Shown here one piece after another: positions 61,437-64,000 of a DNA stretch of 64,000 nt. Under the pieces are notes generated by a model, which saw nothing but the letters and a program-made list of their open reading frames with translations, was not told the origin of the DNA and did not search any database. The DNA is from Gnetum montanum (taxonomy: Eukaryota; Plantae; Gnetophyta), in the NCBI GenBank assembly GCA_015680685.1, contig MNCI01002843.1:1-64000 (forward strand), written 5' to 3'. Each line of letters opens with the position of its first letter. Position 1 is the stretch's first letter. The position numbers and the translations under genes were made by a program.

Positions 61437-64000
61437 ATATCTTCTTCTTTTCACAAACTTCACCGCCTAGGAACAACACAAGAGATAGTCAACAGCACAA
61501 CACACATAACCAAGAATCGCCAGTTCCTCAACAATTTATTGTGGTATATATTCATCACGATGAATATATACTCGACTTTACCTTCTTCTTCCATCAAGAT
61601 GAACAACTGCGTTGGAGAGACTTGGAGGGTAACATAGTGTTGCCTCTAGACAAAGTAGCCCCCAACATGCTCCTTCGTGCCTTTGCACAAATAGGCATGT
61701 CACAATTATACGCTGAGTACGTTGCATGTGATTACAACACAAGGGACTACTATCCCACAGAAGTGCAATGTCAATGGGACTTGCAATAGGAGCATTACTA
61801 CACATCGTTGAAGGGCAAAGGGCCCCATAACGCTCTGCTTGTCTTAAGTGAAATTGAGGGTGGGGTGGTGAACCTATTTCGATGGGTTCTCCACAAAATG
61901 ATGTTCCCCCTCCTAACGATGGTGAGGAGGTGGTGTTTCAGAACCTTCACTCCATGATTCACAACCCTGGTTCTGATCTCCATGAGCACCAAGTGTTCAA
62001 TGAGGGAAGAAAAACACAAGATAAGGACGGGCATTCTAATCATCATCACGATCGGGGTTGAGATCACCGAAGAGAAGGTAGGGAACATCATCATGGCGAT
62101 GGTTCTCCTTCTTCTTCACCTTCATCGTCACACTCACCCTCTCCTTCAACATCAAGACATAGTCATAAGGAACCTCATTGTGAGGATAAGGGTAAGAAAA
62201 ATGAGAAACCTCGATGAGAGAGTCGAGAATGAGGATGAGGGAATTCTAGAGAATCACGGCATGGAAGAAGGGAAAGTAGGGAACCACATAGACATCACAG
62301 ATGCTATGAAAGAAATGACCACGAAGAACCCCTACTTGTAACCCAAAGCATGTTAGACATTACAAAGGCTGTTAGAATTCCTACAAGGCATTAGAAAGAT
62401 AGTAGGATCAAGAGACTAGACGTGAATAATATCCCACAATTTGAGGGGGGATACAACGCTGATCCTCAGAACCATTTACAAGCATTTCACGATGAATGTG
62501 CCTTGCAGAATATTGAGAACGAGTGGCAAAAATTAAAGTTGTTCCCAAAGATACTAGTAAAAGAAGCGGAAAGCTGGTACCGATCCTTAGAACCAAAATC
62601 CATTCGAAGGTGGACTACGATGCTAGAACTATTTAATGATAAATATCAAACGTACTTCTGAGTGTCCAACTTGTGAAAGAAAATCCAAGGATGAAAGCAG
62701 GGAATTCATGAACCCTTGGATGCTGCCATGGACCGATACTATGCACTGTTACATCATTTCTCGGGCCATGGTTACTTGCAGCGGGATCAACTACGCCATC
62801 TCGTAGATGGACTTAGGTAGGAAACTAAGAGAACCCTTGGAACATATGCCCAAGGGAGATTATCAGAGCTTAGGTCCCATTAGATCCATAGATTGTTGGA
62901 GCAAGTAGCTAAGGAAGAAGGAGAGCTACGCAAGAGAGAAAGTGTACAAGGGTACAACCACGATCCTTCCCTATGAAAAAGGGGAGTAAGATTCTATGAG
63001 GAGGAGGATGAGTCACCACTCGAAGAGAAGGTGAATAGGAAAACCTTGCCACTTTAAAAATTAACAACAGAAGTGTCAGCAAAGGTAGATCAAATGTGGG
63101 ACTCCTTGATAGTAGATTCGAAACCATTCTCAAAATCAGAGGAGTCTAAGGAGCAAATTAGTGACTATGATAGAAAGAAAAATAGGGATTTGGACCATGC
63201 ACGTAACAAAGGTAAGGGTAAAATGGTTATCACCGAAGAGGTTGTGGATTCTAATATGGACAATGATGGTGGATGTGAGATATGCCAGTATGACCATCCT
63301 AAGGGATGTTGCCTAATAATCTCACATCTGCAAGAGTCTGGGTTGTATGCACTTAACCCACAACTTAACAAATGGCAAGCACCCCGACGGTTACCTTATC
63401 CCCAAGGTAACCTGAGGTAGTTCCACCAACCGTTAACGTATTATCCAAGTGGAACTCTGCCACAACCTATTGAGCAACACCAGTAGTGGCAATACCCATA
63501 GTCATGGGGGATGCCATCGCCAAGGCAACAATACCTTTATCAACAACTAGATCCATATGGCTACTACGTGAAACAACTGATCTCTCCACATGACTCTATT
63601 GGTCACATGACCCCACAACGTCACTACCAAGCTCGGGAGTACTATAGGACTCTTTCGACTGGGAGAGACACACCACACACATACCATCCTTCGAATCCTT
63701 CCACAACTCTCACACCAATAGCTCCATTACCACCCATTCCAGCAATGCAAGGGGAACTCCCCACTCAACCGCAGCAACGCAATGCTATAAGAGCTGTAAA
63801 CCTTCAACCCGCTATTGGTTCTGACAACCGTACAAGGAGAAGACCTTTCTTTAGAACCAACAGTCCAAACAAGCTCTCACAACTACAAGCAGTTGAGCCT
63901 CTGAACGTTCCTCCATCAAATAAGGCTTCGGAGCTTCCTTCAAACCAAAAATAGAGCTCAACGTACACGGTTATGTTAACACATACCGTCCCCGACTGGA
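61437..64000 (+). pseudogene. gag: Element D gag (degenerate, truncated by window)
   Basis: KLKLFPKILVKEAESWYRSLEP and CEICQYDHPKGCC. High similarity to 17672-20240. Confidence 0.9.

Larger units (their letters stand above)
60486..64000 (+). mobile_element. Element D: 5' part of an A-type Athila-like element running off the window
   Basis: LTR 60486-61291, degenerate Asp PBS 61293-61310, gag colinear with element A from ~61437 to the window end. Confidence 0.93.

Overview
AT-rich land-plant nuclear DNA dominated by nested retrotransposons. I found no intact protein-coding gene. Host-type sequence: two tandem, independently decayed multi-exon copies (3.5-8.6 kb and 47.9-54.7 kb, + strand) of a plant multi-pass membrane protein gene (At2g12400/At1g71110-like, DDB_G0292058-like family), plus a ~50-bp relic of a third copy. 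Between them: a degenerate Ty1/copia element (9.26-14.43 kb, minus) carrying a 350-bp hairpin-rich foreign insert, and a full-length Athila-like Ty3/gypsy element C (15285-44891, minus, TSD ATAAG, tRNA-Asp PBS, gag-pol plus an extra ORF). Two pol-less relatives are nested in C: A (+, gag-protease only) and B (minus, gag plus a 931-codon extra ORF). A further A-type element D starts at 60486, and more LTRs of the family lie at 1-1570 and ~14650-15147. Also present: two L1-type LINE fragments, tRNA-derived SINE-like pieces and a decayed Ulp1/C48 protease relic. The most interesting signal is the regulatory architecture of the Athila-like family. (1) The extra ORF (Transposase_32/PMD-like domain plus long coiled coil) sits in its own TATA / non-coding exon / intron / ATG unit. 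(2) In B this unit is preceded by the same 14-bp-phased GCGATATCGC palindrome array that precedes the LTR TATA box. (3) The LTR R region holds a covarying hairpin that buries AATAAA. Coordinates were read by eye. Family assignments come from remembered motifs, not database searches.
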